Assembly: GCA_003971905.1 (NCBI GenBank)
Contig: RSEE01000001.1
Location: 248,001 to 312,000, forward strand
DNA: 64,000 bases
Reading direction: 5' to 3'
Origin: Moniliella sp. 'wahieum'
Taxonomy: Eukaryota
The position numbers and the translations under genes were made by a program. Shown one piece after another: positions 52,256 to 64,000 of the stretch (the stretch's first letter is position 1; every line of letters begins with the position of its first letter). The notes beneath the pieces are model-generated. The model saw only the letters and a program-made list of their open reading frames with translations, was not told the origin of the DNA and did no database searches.

Positions 52256-52933
52256 ATGTCGACAATCCCGCTCGAGCTACGCAACAAGGTCCTCGCTGCT
52301 GCCCTCGAAGCGCGCAACACGGCGTATGCGCCCTACAGGTTCGTCTGCCCTGCCTTTGCTCTGTACGCCCCTTGGGTCGGTGGAAGGCTAACGTTCTGCC
52401 CGATGGTTGGTCCTGGGTGCAGCAAGTTCCATGTAGGTGCTGCGCTGCTCTTGCAATCGGGGGAGATTGTTCCGGGGGCGAACGTGGAAAATGCTTCGTA
52501 CGGTATGTTTTTGGATTCGCAGTGTTTTCTGCTGTATGGGAACTGGTGCTGACCTGCTTGGTACCAATACAGGTGCAGGCATCTGTGCCGAGCGCACAGC
52601 CCTCACCACCTGGGCCACCACGCCTCGGTTCTGGGAGCACGGCGCAAAGGGCGTGGGGTGCTGGATAAGATTGTTGCCATCGCTGTGTCATCCGACCGGG
52701 ACGGACCTTGTTCTCCCTGCGGCATTTGCCGCCAATTCGTTCGCGAATTTTGCGCCAACGATACGCCCATCCTCATGGTCCACTCCAGCTGGACCTCCGA
52801 CGCAGCATCACATGCGGACGCTACTGAAGCCGAGGCAAAGGTTACCATCCGTACCCTGGGCGAACTCCTTCCGCTCTCTTTCGGACCGGAAGATCTTGAC
52901 CAAGAGCGGCCGCCTCAGTTTTTTCCCGTGTAG
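52256..52933 (+). CDS. CDD1: Cytidine deaminase (homotetrameric type)
   Basis: AYAPY^SKFHVGAALL..GANVENASY^GAGICAERTA..SPCGICRQFVREF..TLGELLPLSFGP; two introns. Confidence 0.93.
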
Positions 52934-53534
52934 CGAGCGGGTTGGACTGACGGCACAGCCGGGTATCTGCGATTCCGGTCTGGCGATTGCACTTTCGGTT
53001 GATGGTTGCCTGCTAAGGGCCTAATTACGTCTCCCCTTCGTCCACGTTAGGACCGCGTATGTTACACTGCACTCTCCCCATTCAATAGTCACTGGCTTTT
53101 CGTGATGAAAGACTCGCTCTTGCCGTCTGCCCTCGGGTGCATCAGCCCCTCTGTTTTCCCACCTTCATGGGCTGGATTTTTGTCTTAGATCACGCTGACG
53201 ACAGTGCGGCCCCGATTGAGGCGTATCCGCATGGATTCTACTTAGGACAAAGAGAGAACCTACGCGAAATGCCAGATGTTGGCTGGTCCCAAGCCAAGCG
53301 AACACTGCCCAGTCCATTTACAGATGGGGGCGTAACAAGATTCGTATAATAAGGGAAACGAGACACGTAAGGTGAGAGAGAGAAACTATATAGAACGGGC
53401 GAGCAGGGGAATGCCGTACAAGGCGAACTCCATCGGCCGAGAAGCCACTTTTGGCCTGGAGAGGGACAGCGTTTGCCGCTGGCTATGGCAGGGAAGGGAA
53501 ACAGGGACGGATGGTGGTGCCGAACTTATTTACG

Positions 53535-55216
53535 TCACCGCCCCACATACCTGATCTCCAGGTAACGGAAGACAGGGTAAGCAAGGCCGGAAAAGCCCGA
53601 AGCCAGCTCAAACCCAATGTCTCCCCCAAACGTCTTGGCAATGGGGCCAGTGTACCATACCTGGCTCATTCCCACTGCCACACCTGCTGCACCAAAACAG
53701 AAGGCACCCAGAGCACCCCAGCCAATTGGCAACTTGTGCTTGTTATTCCCGATCCTTCGACGTGGTAATTGGCAAAGTCGTTGTGACGGAAGATGAAGTG
53801 CTCTTCCAACAGGACAGTTACAAAGATGGCGAGCCAGTAGCCGAGGATCGACATAAAATCCTCCAGTGTCGAGGCAAAGGAGTGGTACCCCACAATGGCA
53901 AGCGGGATGTAGATGGCAGTAACGATGATGGGCCAGATCAAACGAGGGAGAGCCGCAAGGTAGTGGGAGATGACCGAGATAGAAAGCCCCATCGAGTACA
54001 CATTCACAATGTTGTTGGCCACAACCGAGAGGACAAGGATGACCATGAAGAACTTGCCTCCACCATGCATTGGTCCCACCAACACGGCGCGCAAGAGACC
54101 CCCTAATTCTTCGTCCTCGTATCCGTGGTACCACTTGACCAGCGTAGGGCTTGCATTGGGCAAGATGTTGCCGTCGGCGTCGGCTACGCTAATCGCGGCG
54201 CTGGCGATTGCGCTGCCGAGCCACATCAGCAACACGCAGGGCGTGACCACACCCGCATAGGTGTACAAAAAGATACTCTTGCGCGAAGCATTCTCGGGCA
54301 TGTACACATTGTAATCCGACGCGAGCGATACCCATCCAATCACAAAGCCCCAGATCGTTCCGCCAAAGCTTAAGACTGAAGCCGCTTCGGCGGTGCCGGT
54401 CATCATGGGCTGCGAGACAAAGTGTTTGGCGCTCACGCCCAACATGACCAGCAGCGTCACAGCAGTGGGAAACCAGGCGATCTGCTCGTACCAGTGCACC
54501 ACACGGTACCCAACAGCCCCACCACAAGCGTCAAAATGGCAATGATCACCCCCTACCGCACCAGAAGTGAAAGCGCCCTTAAAGTCCGCCACTGCCGAGA
54601 GCGTCTGGGCACCCGCGATGGTGTTACTAATGGACCAGCCGACGCAGGCCATGCAATTGAGGAGTGCAACAAATTTTGCCCCATAATACCCCCACGAAAA
54701 CCGAGAGGACGTCATCTGGCGTAGGCCAAGCCGAGGCCCAAAGGTGGCGCAATAGGCAGGCAAGCAACCAGCAAAAAGGCAGATGAAGGCGATAGTGAGC
54801 AGACTGTCCCCGAGGTGCAGCCCAAATACAAAGGGGCCTAGCACACCAATCGATACGGTGGGCAAGGTGCAATTGGCTGCAAGCCAGACCATCAGGTTAC
54901 CGTAAAGATGAGGGTCCGTACGTTCGTTTGCCTTGACGCGCTGAATGCCACGAGCCTCGACGCCTAGCACCTTCTCGAGCTTGCGGTTGTAATGGCCGAT
55001 GGTGGCAATGAAGCGTCCAAAGGAGTTGTTGGGCAACTGGATGTCAGGCGTCGCATTCTCTGCATCCTCGTCGGCAGGATTGATGTAAGATGCGACTTCG
55101 ATCTGGTTGTGAATGACATCCTCCTTTTCGTCCGAGTATTCCTTTTTCCGGTCGATGTCGGGATGAGCCGAGTCAGCAGTGGGAGCCTTCTCAATGTCGT
55201 ATGAGTGGAGGCTCAT
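53535..55216 (-). CDS. FCY2: Purine-cytosine permease (NCS1 family, Fcy2-like)
   Basis: GVEARGIQRV; WLAANCT; FGPRLGLRQMTSSRFSWGYYG; ASDYNVYMPE; MGMSQVWYTGPIA..GDIGFEL..RYLEIRYVGR after one indel. Confidence 0.93.
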
Positions 55217-56519
55217 GGGTGACACGCAAGAGCGTTATTGGCGGTGCAGCAGGGTGGATTGGGTCAAAACAAGGAAGTGGTGGCGGAAGGAAGAGGCCAA
55301 GGAGATACCAGCTGAAACGATGGAGGGTATACGTGTACGTGGGAGGATTTAAAGCCCAGGACGCCTCTCGCGTGACCAAAACATGCAATGAAAAGAGAGG
55401 TGGGTGGTACCTGTGGCGCCGATTTAGGGTGCGTATCGGCCTGCACTGCGTGAGTGCTGGTGCATGAGTCTCTATATTAGGGGAGAGCTTTGTGCTCCCC
55501 TCTTTGGCGGCTTGTGTTCCTCCTTTTCTCTGCGGTCGGGCGTCCGTCAAGCTTCAGAGTTTCAGACGTCAATCTTCAACGTTCAACAGCAACAAGATCC
55601 GAAAAGCAAGGCTAAGCCCCTCAGTGTCCCAGAGCGTCTCGCTAACCCCGGAGAACGCGGATCGGAACCGTATCTGTATACTATACACACAGGAAAAAGA
55701 CGCCACCACGCCAAGGCGGACTGGGCGACTGTTGGGCCCTTGGGCCCTCGGTAACCCCTGGGCGAGAGCGGAGGGACAGAAGAGCCTGCGTTCAGGACGT
55801 CGGCACATTCCACTTGACCCTGTGAACGCCTGAACACCACAGCGCCCAGCTCTATATAAAAGCGCTGACAGTAGCGCTGAGTCTGGGCATTTTCAGTTTA
55901 CTTGCTCTCCTGCTCAGCGCTCAAAGACTGAGCGCACTGAGTCTCAGCGCTGATATATCATGAAAGCCAAGCGCCAGCAACGAAATTACTGCTGCCCTGG
56001 TGCTTTCTGCTGTGGAGTGGATCAGACGTGGTCGGTCACAGGTGCGCCGCTTCGCGCCCTTGCGCAACTTTGATAATCGAGATGCCGACAATCGATAATC
56101 GATAACGGGATAATTTAATCGATGATCTCGTTGATCCTCAGTGGGCGATGAGCCGGTCAGCGGATTGTGAGACCAGGTACAGACGAGAGGCACAAGTGGC
56201 CTTCGGCTGAGAGCTTTTCAGCCTCTGTATATGGTCTTCGCCATGGCGGCGGTCTCTTCCCACTGGAGGAGGCCAAGGCGGTGTATCCATGCGCGATTGC
56301 GCCCACAGCACCAAGCAGCAGCCGAGTCCGGATGTCCCCGCCGCCTCCGAGTAGGTGTGATGAGGGGGGCGCGAAAAGCTGTTTTGCGTGTGGCTCTCGA
56401 TGTGCCGGGCATATATATACTAGCAACAGTGGGTCATCGATCATCGGGGCAGAGTGGCATCGTATGAGCCAGATAAGCAGCACAATTAAGGTAATGTCAT
56501 GCCGCCTTCCTTGTCCTTT

Positions 56520-56732
56520 TGTAGACCGGAGGAACCCAAGCATTTCGATGGAGAAAAACTCTGGATGTAGTGGTAGGGTAATACAGCCGCGACGGTTGAC
56601 GGTGGGTTGAGATGTTGAGGCCCAAGCCTTTTGCCACACCAAGAGGAGATAGGGCTTCGAAAAAGCCGTAGTATACATGTGATGGCTTCGGAGGTCTCTC
56701 TATTCAAATAATAAGGGGCACCACGGGTTACA
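56520..56732 (-). mobile_element. Diverged solo LTR related to the copia LTRs (~213 bp)
   Basis: TG..CA termini. Shares colinear blocks with 16017..16233: GACCGGAGGAACCCAAG, CTCTGGA, AAGCCTT.TGCCACACC, AGTATAC, GGCTTCGGAGG, ACCACGGGT. Confidence 0.85.
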
Positions 56733-57856
56733 GGACGCTTGTTGTGGCCTCATCTGTGCGTACTATACGGGACCATGTTTCCCAGCACCTTCCCCTTATA
56801 CCCATAGAAGTCATGCAGGTCATGTGGGTGAAAAGGCGATACCGAGATGGTTACTAGCTGGCTATACAGAGGTCATATAAATACAATCTACTTCCCGCCA
56901 AGGGATCTTTCCTGGTTCCGCAGGAGAACCATAGGATGGTGTGATACCGTGGACATTGACGTTTCGTTCCGATCACACGTATGGCTCATGAAAACCCCCG
57001 CGGAAAGCCACTTCCGACGGAAGAGGTGGTGGGGGCAAATGAACAGGGCATCGAGATACACTTCGGCAGAGCAAAAGACTTCAATTTGTATAGAATGAAG
57101 GGGTATGATATTATAGCCATGTCCAACTCTCTTCCATTTGCTTTAAAACTGTCTCGCAATGTGACGAACTGCTATCGACAGTATCTCTTTCTATTTTCCC
57201 TATTATAGAGATGAGGCGCGGGCAAACTTCCTCCCACTATGGAGAGGAAACAAGACACACAGCTTTGTCACAATAAAGTGCCCATAAAATATCTCATAAT
57301 AGTGGTAGATGCATACCTCCACATCTCCTCTCGTCCTCCCCCCGCGAACGAAACAGATGTGCTTACTGCAGTGGTGCAGCCACCATGGGGCAGGTGGGAT
57401 CGACATGATCACCCTGCTGCGCCTTTTCGATCGACTCTGATACTGTAAATGGAACGGACGACCGAATTATTGGAGCATGTGGACGCATGCTTGTCCGGCC
57501 TTGTGGGCTATAATTCTGGTCCTGTTGGCCCTGGCTCTGTCTGCTGCTGCGCGGCACCGTCTCGCCGCTTGCGCCAGCGCGTCAGTACTCACACTCACTA
57601 GTCACTGAAGGCTAGAGAGCAGGGGGGCAGTACTAGCCCCCACACATTGACACAGACGCTGTCGCCCCGCCAGGGTTAGAGCAGCATCGGGGGGGGGGCG
57701 CTGGTGCAGTGCGGGCATGCCTGTGATGGGCACTGGGCCGCTGTGGTCCACTACCTCCGCGCGTAAACTGGTGGGGCGGAAGCCCGAAGATGACCGCCAT
57801 CGACATCAGCACCAGCACTAGTACCAAAACCAGCACCAGCGCCAGCATCGGTGTCC

Positions 57857-57953
57857 GCAGCATCCGCATCAGCATCAGCATCCGCGCACATCCCATCCGC
57901 ATCCGCATCGCATCCGCATCCGCATCCGCATCCGCATCCGCATCCGCATCCGC
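57857..57953 (+). repeat. (GCATCC)n hexanucleotide microsatellite
   Basis: More than 10 tandem or degenerate GCATCC units just upstream of the probable ATG at 58000. Confidence 0.9.
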
Positions 57954-57999
57954 GTCAGCGCAAGCTTCACTGCTGCCGTCGCTGTCGCCCGCCTTCGGC

Positions 58000-60900
58000 A
58001 TGGACGCGTTTTCCTCCGAGTCTGTGAATCGCGCCTCGCCGCCGCCAGAGCAGCAGCCGCAGCCACAGCTACACCCCTGTCAACCCTTCTCACCCTTCCC
58101 ACCCCCTCGACGCAGACAGAAACTCTCCGCCTCGCCCATGCTGGACACGCACTGGGGTGTGCTCGCCAACGTCTCGCAGCCTCAAACGAATTGGCGCCTG
58201 ACCCTGCTCTTACTCCTGCTCCTGCCCCTGCCCCATCCTCACCCCATCTGTATCCACACGTACAGCCGTATCCCACTACTACTGTTCCTACGACTACGTC
58301 TGCTCCTGTTCCTGCCTCTACCTCTCCACATACCCAGTTTCCTCCTTCCGGTTCTGCTTTGGCTTCCGCCCCTACTACAGTCGAGCCTGCCCCCACCGAG
58401 ATTGCTCCCCCCGATTCTGCTCCCCACACGTCTACGCCCCCCGACTCTGCTTTCCCGACTCTGCTCCCTCTGAGGCAGCCCCCACCAGCCTAGGCGCACC
58501 GCCACCCCCCACAACCCCCCCGAACGCGTCCGGCCTTAACTCCGGTAGAGACGAGCCGAGAGTAGCACTCTTCAACAAGACGATCCTCCGCAACCGCTCA
58601 GTAAGACCCAGCCTACCAATGCGGTCCTAAGCCTTACCCTACCAATGGCGGCGCCGAGTCGCCCTCGAGCTCGAGCGGAAGGAGGAAGGTATCCCAAGCG
58701 GGCACAGCGGCAGTCGCAGCAGAAGCCACAGCCGCAGCATCAGCAACGCCAGCACGATCGCTCTTGTTCGTCCGGGAAATACGAGCATGGCCAGTGTGCA
58801 TAGCAATGAGGGTGGTGCTGGCGACGCTCCCAAGCCTACGGTGGCGACCTGGGTGCCACGCGTAAGCGTACTTCCTCTCATGTGTCTGCGTCGGGACAAG
58901 ATTCAGAACAGTACACCAAGCCTAAGCGGTCTCGTCTCGATGCTTCGCAAAACGACAGTGTAAGGAGAAGAGTTCATGGGGGCGAGAGGCGGACAAGCTC
59001 GACCTATACATTTGGGACTACTGCAAACGCCGTGGGTATCATTCTGCAGCCCAAGCCTTGATCACTGATGCTGGCCTGGGTGACCCACCCAAAGTGCCGC
59101 TCAAGACGCCACAAGGCCTCTTGTTTGAGTACGTTTGGTCTCATTTCATCTCATCTAACTCACGGTGGAAAGCTGACCTCTTCTCTAGGTATTGGTACCT
59201 CTTTTGGGACCTGTTTAATGCCCGCTCGGGGAGGGGAGCCTACCAGCCCGGACTTATCATCAAAGCGTGGAGGCACGCACTTTTGCCACGTACCAAGCTG
59301 CGTTGCTCAGGTTTCGAGCCGAGTCCAAAGCCGGAATATCGAGTCGTTCTGGTGTTGGGGAAGCTCTCAACTTTCCTTCGATCGTGCGCGGCCCAGCGAA
59401 CAGCACCACCAGCTCTACCAATGGTGTGGATGGGTCAGTTCTGTTCCTACCGATCCCAACTCAGGGGCGGGAGGTACGTTTGCGGGACGCCTCTGCTGCA
59501 GCGGGGAAAGCAGAGAGGCCAGCACAGCCGCCGCGGGACCAGCGCAGCTTGCCGTGTCCCAGCCGCAGCCCGACTCGCACGCTGGTATGATAGGCCGTTT
59601 GAGCATGTCCCAGGCGAGCGCACCGGCCGAGTCTAGTCCCCATACTGTTCCCAACGCACAGAACTACGCCCACGCCGGGGCGGCCTATGCTCCAGCACCT
59701 TCCGCCTCTTCACAGCCAGCAAGCCAACGAATTGCCGGACAAGCGGGGCAATACCGCTTTCCTCCTCTGCTACCTCACGAATGGGTCCGCCTGGCCAGGG
59801 CCAAGTGCCAGGGGGGAGGGCATCACTAAGTGGACAAGCCGTGCCCGCATCTCAAGGGGCAGGCGGAGTTGTGGCGGGGTCGAATCGGCCGGTTCCACCC
59901 GCGGGCGTGACAAACCATGGGTGGGCTTCCACCTGGAGCCCAGGCAAGTATGCCGAGCGAGATGGGCAGCAGCAGTGGCGTTTATCCAACGATGACTTTA
60001 GCTCAGTTGACCCACTGGCTCAGCAGATTGAGCCACGGCCAACAATCAGCCCTCATCTCCACTGCCGCTCAGCGCAAGGCGATCAGCCTTGCAGATGTTC
60101 AGGTAGCATCGTTGCAGACCAAGGTCCAGCTCATCGCCCATTTGGGCCTCACAACATGCATCCTTGCCCAAGTCCCTCCCGGCTGATTGCAGTCCAGCAA
60201 GCTCATGCCCTAGTTCAAGCCCAAGCACAAGCACAGGCAAAACCAAGCCCAAGCCCAAGCCCAAGCCCAAGCACAGGCAAGCCCAAGCACAAGCTCAGGC
60301 ACAAGCTCAAGCACAAGCTCAAGCACAAGCACAAGCCCAGGCGCATGCCCAGGCACGCCCGAGCCCAAGCTTCCCAGGCTCAGCGCAAGCTCAGAGCAAG
60401 CTCAAACCGAGTCCCGGCTCCAGCCAACACCAAGCTCAGCTGCACCAACATCAAGCTCAGCTGCATCAAGCACATATGGCCAAATTGCAACAAGCTCAAC
60501 GCCGCAACTGTTGCAAACGGCAACAACTGCAACTGCAACAACAACTCCAGCAGCAGCAACAACAAGGGCAACAAATGCACCATGCTGAAATCACAGCCCT
60601 CCAAAGGGGGCTTCCGATGCAAAACGGGTCTGCTGGCGCCCAGCATCATCCAGGGATCTTTTCCGCAAGCGCACCCGACGAGGCCTGCCGTGCTCAGGGG
60701 GGGCAGCTAATCCAGGTTCCCAACCGGGGGATGTTCAGGGCGGCGTAGCACCAGCTGGCACGTCTGCAACCCGGATGCAGATCCTTGCACAGGTGCAGCA
60801 ACTGCATGCGGCCATCAAGGCGGGGTATTCCCGCGCTCAGGGGGCTACATCGGAGCAGGTGTCGCAGCAAGCATACGCCGAGGTGAGCGTGTATCGTGCT

Positions 60901-61756
60901 CGGCTAACTGAGCTGGAGAGGATGCTTTCCCAGATCAATGAGGGGCAGCTGCCGATCCAGGGTGTGGCCACCAAAAACCCCGAGTTTTACCCTGGCTCTG
61001 GAGAGCAACAGGCTCTCCGCAGGCTTTCTGGCCAGCCCGCAGAGGATCCCGCCTCGGTTCAAGGGGCTGTGCAATTGAGGCGAGGACAGGCTCAAGCTTC
61101 CCTGATGACACAGCCGCCATCAGCTCCAGGTCAGGGCATGATGCAGCACCAAGCGCAGTTGGGGTCGCAGCCTCAGGCCCCCTCCCCCGTTACCCCTGCT
61201 ACCCCTGGTGAGCCTGGGTCTCACGTCGGCCATGCACCCATTCCTCGCCGCTCGGACGCTTCGTCGCGTGGGAAAAGCAGACCCGCCCCCCGCGCCCGCA
61301 AGGGCTCCACCAAGTCGACAGGAACCAATCCGCAATCTGGGCGTCAAACAGACAATTCGGCCCATACAGGGACATCAAGTCCAGCTCTTTCTTCGAAAGC
61401 GCCACCTACCGCAGAGGGCCCCTCGGTCCAGGTCTCTGATGCCCCGACCTCCTCCTGGGTCAATGGAGACTCCTTCGGCTGATCCAATGATCGGTCTACC
61501 TACCTCATCGAGCGTAGGTGCCGATGCGATAGGCGCACCTGCTGCAACGGCAACTGAGCCTGCCAGTGCACCAGCGGCGGTTCCGTCCGGTGGTGGGCCT
61601 GGGCTGGCCCTAGCATCCAATTCGGGAGGCTTTTCATTTGCCAGTCTGGGCGACATGGGTGGCGATGAGCAACTGGAAAGTATGTTGGGCTTGTTTGACC
61701 TTGACGGGCCCGACTTTGGTTCATCAATGTTCGACTCGCAGGGAGTGAGTGCTTGA
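58000..61756 (+). CDS. LisH/LUFS-domain, Q/A-rich transcriptional regulator (Flo8/Som1/SSDP-like)
   Basis: ~58985..59225 encodes DKLDLYIWDYCKRRGYHSAAQALITDAG..PQGLLFE^YWYLFWDLFNARS (LUFS signature); QA and polyQ tracts; acidic/Phe C-terminus. Many indels; start uncertain. Confidence 0.75.
60211..60352 (+). repeat. (CAAGCN)n coding repeat, poly-QA tract
   Basis: caagcccaagcacaagc... encodes QAQAQA; a CAA/CAG polyQ tract follows at ~60520..60565. Confidence 0.85.
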
Positions 61757-62930
61757 TTTGGTCTTTCTTGTTGAAGGCGGTGAAGCGTAAGCTGGTTGAA
61801 GCTACGCGACGAATTCCTCTTGTTTCTATGTTTGCGTCCTTCCTCCATCTTCTCCTTCTCTGGTTTGCGGACGTTCCCTTTTTGTTATGCTCTCTCGCAA
61901 TTGCCCGCTCCTCTTTGCCGCGGTGCCACTCCTTACCAACAGTATGTCTCTTTCCGGGCCGACGAGACATCGACCAGTCATTGTGGTACACAAATCCCTT
62001 TTCCGCTACTCTTACACCCACGTTCCCATCAACACCTGCGCGTCCAACTTTTATGTGATGTGAGATGTTTCCTGTCATGACCCACCTCATTACCCCCGCA
62101 TGGCGCCCTCTTCATACACACCTCGCTCTCCTGCTTTTTACTTTTGCTCAGAGCTTACGGCTGACGGGTGGCGGGGGCAGGCCGAGACACCCCCTTCCTC
62201 CCGCGCACCTCTGTTTCTGCCTGTTCTTCCGTCTGCGTTCTACCTTGTACTTTCCCTCTGCCGTTGTTATGAACCCGTTCTTGGCTGTAACCCGACCCTA
62301 TGAGGAGTCTGCTGCTGCTGCCGACCCAGCAGTGGACTTGGTAACACTTGGAGCTGCGCATCGTAAGGGTGTGTTCCGTTGTGCAGGCTGTCGAGTGCTT
62401 GCAAGTTGTGTCTAGTAGTATGCAACGCAGGACACGAGAGGGGGGAACGAGGAGCTCGCCAGAGGAGAACATTGGCTTCGGCAGCCTCGCACTTGGCCCG
62501 CCGCCCGCGCGGACGGGATGCTGGGCGGAACGAGCGGGGAGAAGAGGGGATGCAGGATGGCGGATGGGGTGAAGCATGATGCGTGACGGCTGATCGGGGC
62601 CGCGCGCGGGGGCAGTGGCGGCAAGACGAGGAAAAGCTGCTGGGCCACGGGGGACTGGCGCAGTGGCTAGTGACTGGCGAGCGGGCATAGTGCTAATGAC
62701 TTGCGCTGGGCTGCTTGGCTGGGGCACTGCGTAGCTGTCGCCGCTGCAGCTGCCGCTAACCACGCTGAACGTTGAAGTTGAACGCGCGCCCACCTGCCTC
62801 TCTGCTCCTCCGCCGCCCCGCCATCGCCCCCACCTGCCATCCCCTCCGGCCGCCGGCCTCCCCACTGCCACCACCACCACCACCACCACCCCGTCCCCGC
62901 CCTCCTTCCGACCGGTGTTACGGCGCTGCG

Positions 62931-64000
62931 ATGGCTGCCGTCGCCTTTGCTCCATCGTCGTCGCCGACGATTCTCTCCCACCCGCTGCGCCCCCGCTCCT
63001 TCCCTCCTCCCATCTCTTCTTCCCGCACCGCCAGCGTCAGCACCATTCAGCCCCCCAGCTCTCTGACCACCGACGATACCAGTGCGGCAAGCGCAGCTGC
63101 CGCCTCGCTCCGTGCGCAGGGCATTGATCCACGCCTGGCCGCTGAGCTGGCCAACGAGGGCATCCCTATTACCAGCCCAGCCGCGTTGCAGTACTTCGGC
63201 GCCTCACCCCATCGCCCGCAGATCCTACTAGGCGACTATCTCTTGCTCCAAACCCTGGGCGAAGGGGAGTTTGGCAAGGTCAAGCTTGGGGTGCATAAGA
63301 AGTATGGAGAGGAGGTCGCTGTCAAGCTCATTCGCCGCGACCATGCACCCAAGCCCGAATCCCTCGCCGAGCACCATCGATCATAATGTCCAAAATTGAT
63401 CGTGAAATCGAAATGCTACGGGCTGTTCGGCACCCCAACATTGTCCGCCTTTACGAGGTCGCCACTACCGAGCGCTACATTGGAATTGTACTTGAATTGC
63501 ATCCGGTATGTTTTGCCTCCCCTATCTGTGGGCCCCTCGTTGACCCACTTCTACTTGTGACTAAGGTGGAGAGCTCTTTGATTATATCCTTGCCCACAGT
63601 GTTTGCGGGAGAAGGAAGCTTGCCGCTTGTTTGCACAACTCATCAGCGGCGTGCACTACCTTCACCAGAAACACATTGTGCATCGCGACCTCAAACTGGA
63701 AAACTTGCTCCTGGATCGGAATCGCAACATGATCATTACCGACTTTGGTTTCGCCAACAACTTTTCGGGCCGCGCCAACGACTTGATGTCCACTCCTGCG
63801 GTTCGCCCTGCTATGCAGCGCCGAACTCGTGGTGCAGGACGGGCAATACAACCGGCTCGGCGGTCGATTTGTGGTCGTGTGGAGTGATTCTGTACGCCAT
63901 GCTGGCGGGCTATCTTCCCTTCGACGATGACCCAGCCAATCCTGATTCCGACAACATCAACCAGCTCTACCACTACATTCTCTCTACTCCCCTCACCTTT
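62931..64000 (+). CDS. KIN4: Kin4/Ppk1/KfsA-like CAMK Ser/Thr kinase; runs off the window's right edge
   Basis: [91 protein letters not shown]. Confidence 0.88.

Noticed and set aside
31787..52933. FAM72 plus cytidine deaminase as an AID/UNG-like diversification system
   Set aside because: The deaminase is the free-nucleoside CDD1 type (CAE/PCGxC), lies 20 kb away, and is not AID/APOBEC-like.
56167..57450. Short ORFs flanking the solo LTR as an interrupted gene
   Set aside because: No recognisable domain, and the reading frame does not continue convincingly across the LTR.

Overview
This is eukaryotic (fungal) genomic DNA. It is most likely a GC-rich, intron-poor basidiomycete, possibly Ustilaginomycotina (inferred from gene content and intron style). 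The consensus looks like an unpolished long-read assembly, because most genes carry 1-2 nt indel frameshifts. Genes in order: Psr1-like CTD phosphatase, a Pro-rich hypothetical protein, tRNA-Pro(AGG), SNF7, SWP1/BET2 (divergent), a CUE protein, MET6, a full-length young Ty1/copia LTR retrotransposon, malate synthase, a four-gene histone cluster (H4-H3-H2A-H2B), a perilipin/CAP20-like protein, a FAM72-like protein, a ~7.5 kb gene-poor spacer, SCOT CoA-transferase, an internally collapsed SPT6, an atypical MAPK, tRNA-Arg(ACG), cytidine deaminase, an FCY2-like permease, a diverged solo LTR, a LisH/Flo8-like regulator and a Kin4-like kinase. The most striking unexplained signal is a window-wide family of intergenic period-7 arrays of the form (TNA + 4-bp palindrome)n, in which the palindromic core changes while symmetry and register are kept. 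Other notable observations: a MAPK with SGH in place of TxY, an H3 with F78W next to K79, and a copia element with a non-canonical anticodon-arm-like PBS and no target-site duplication. No database searches were run; all family assignments come from recognised motifs.
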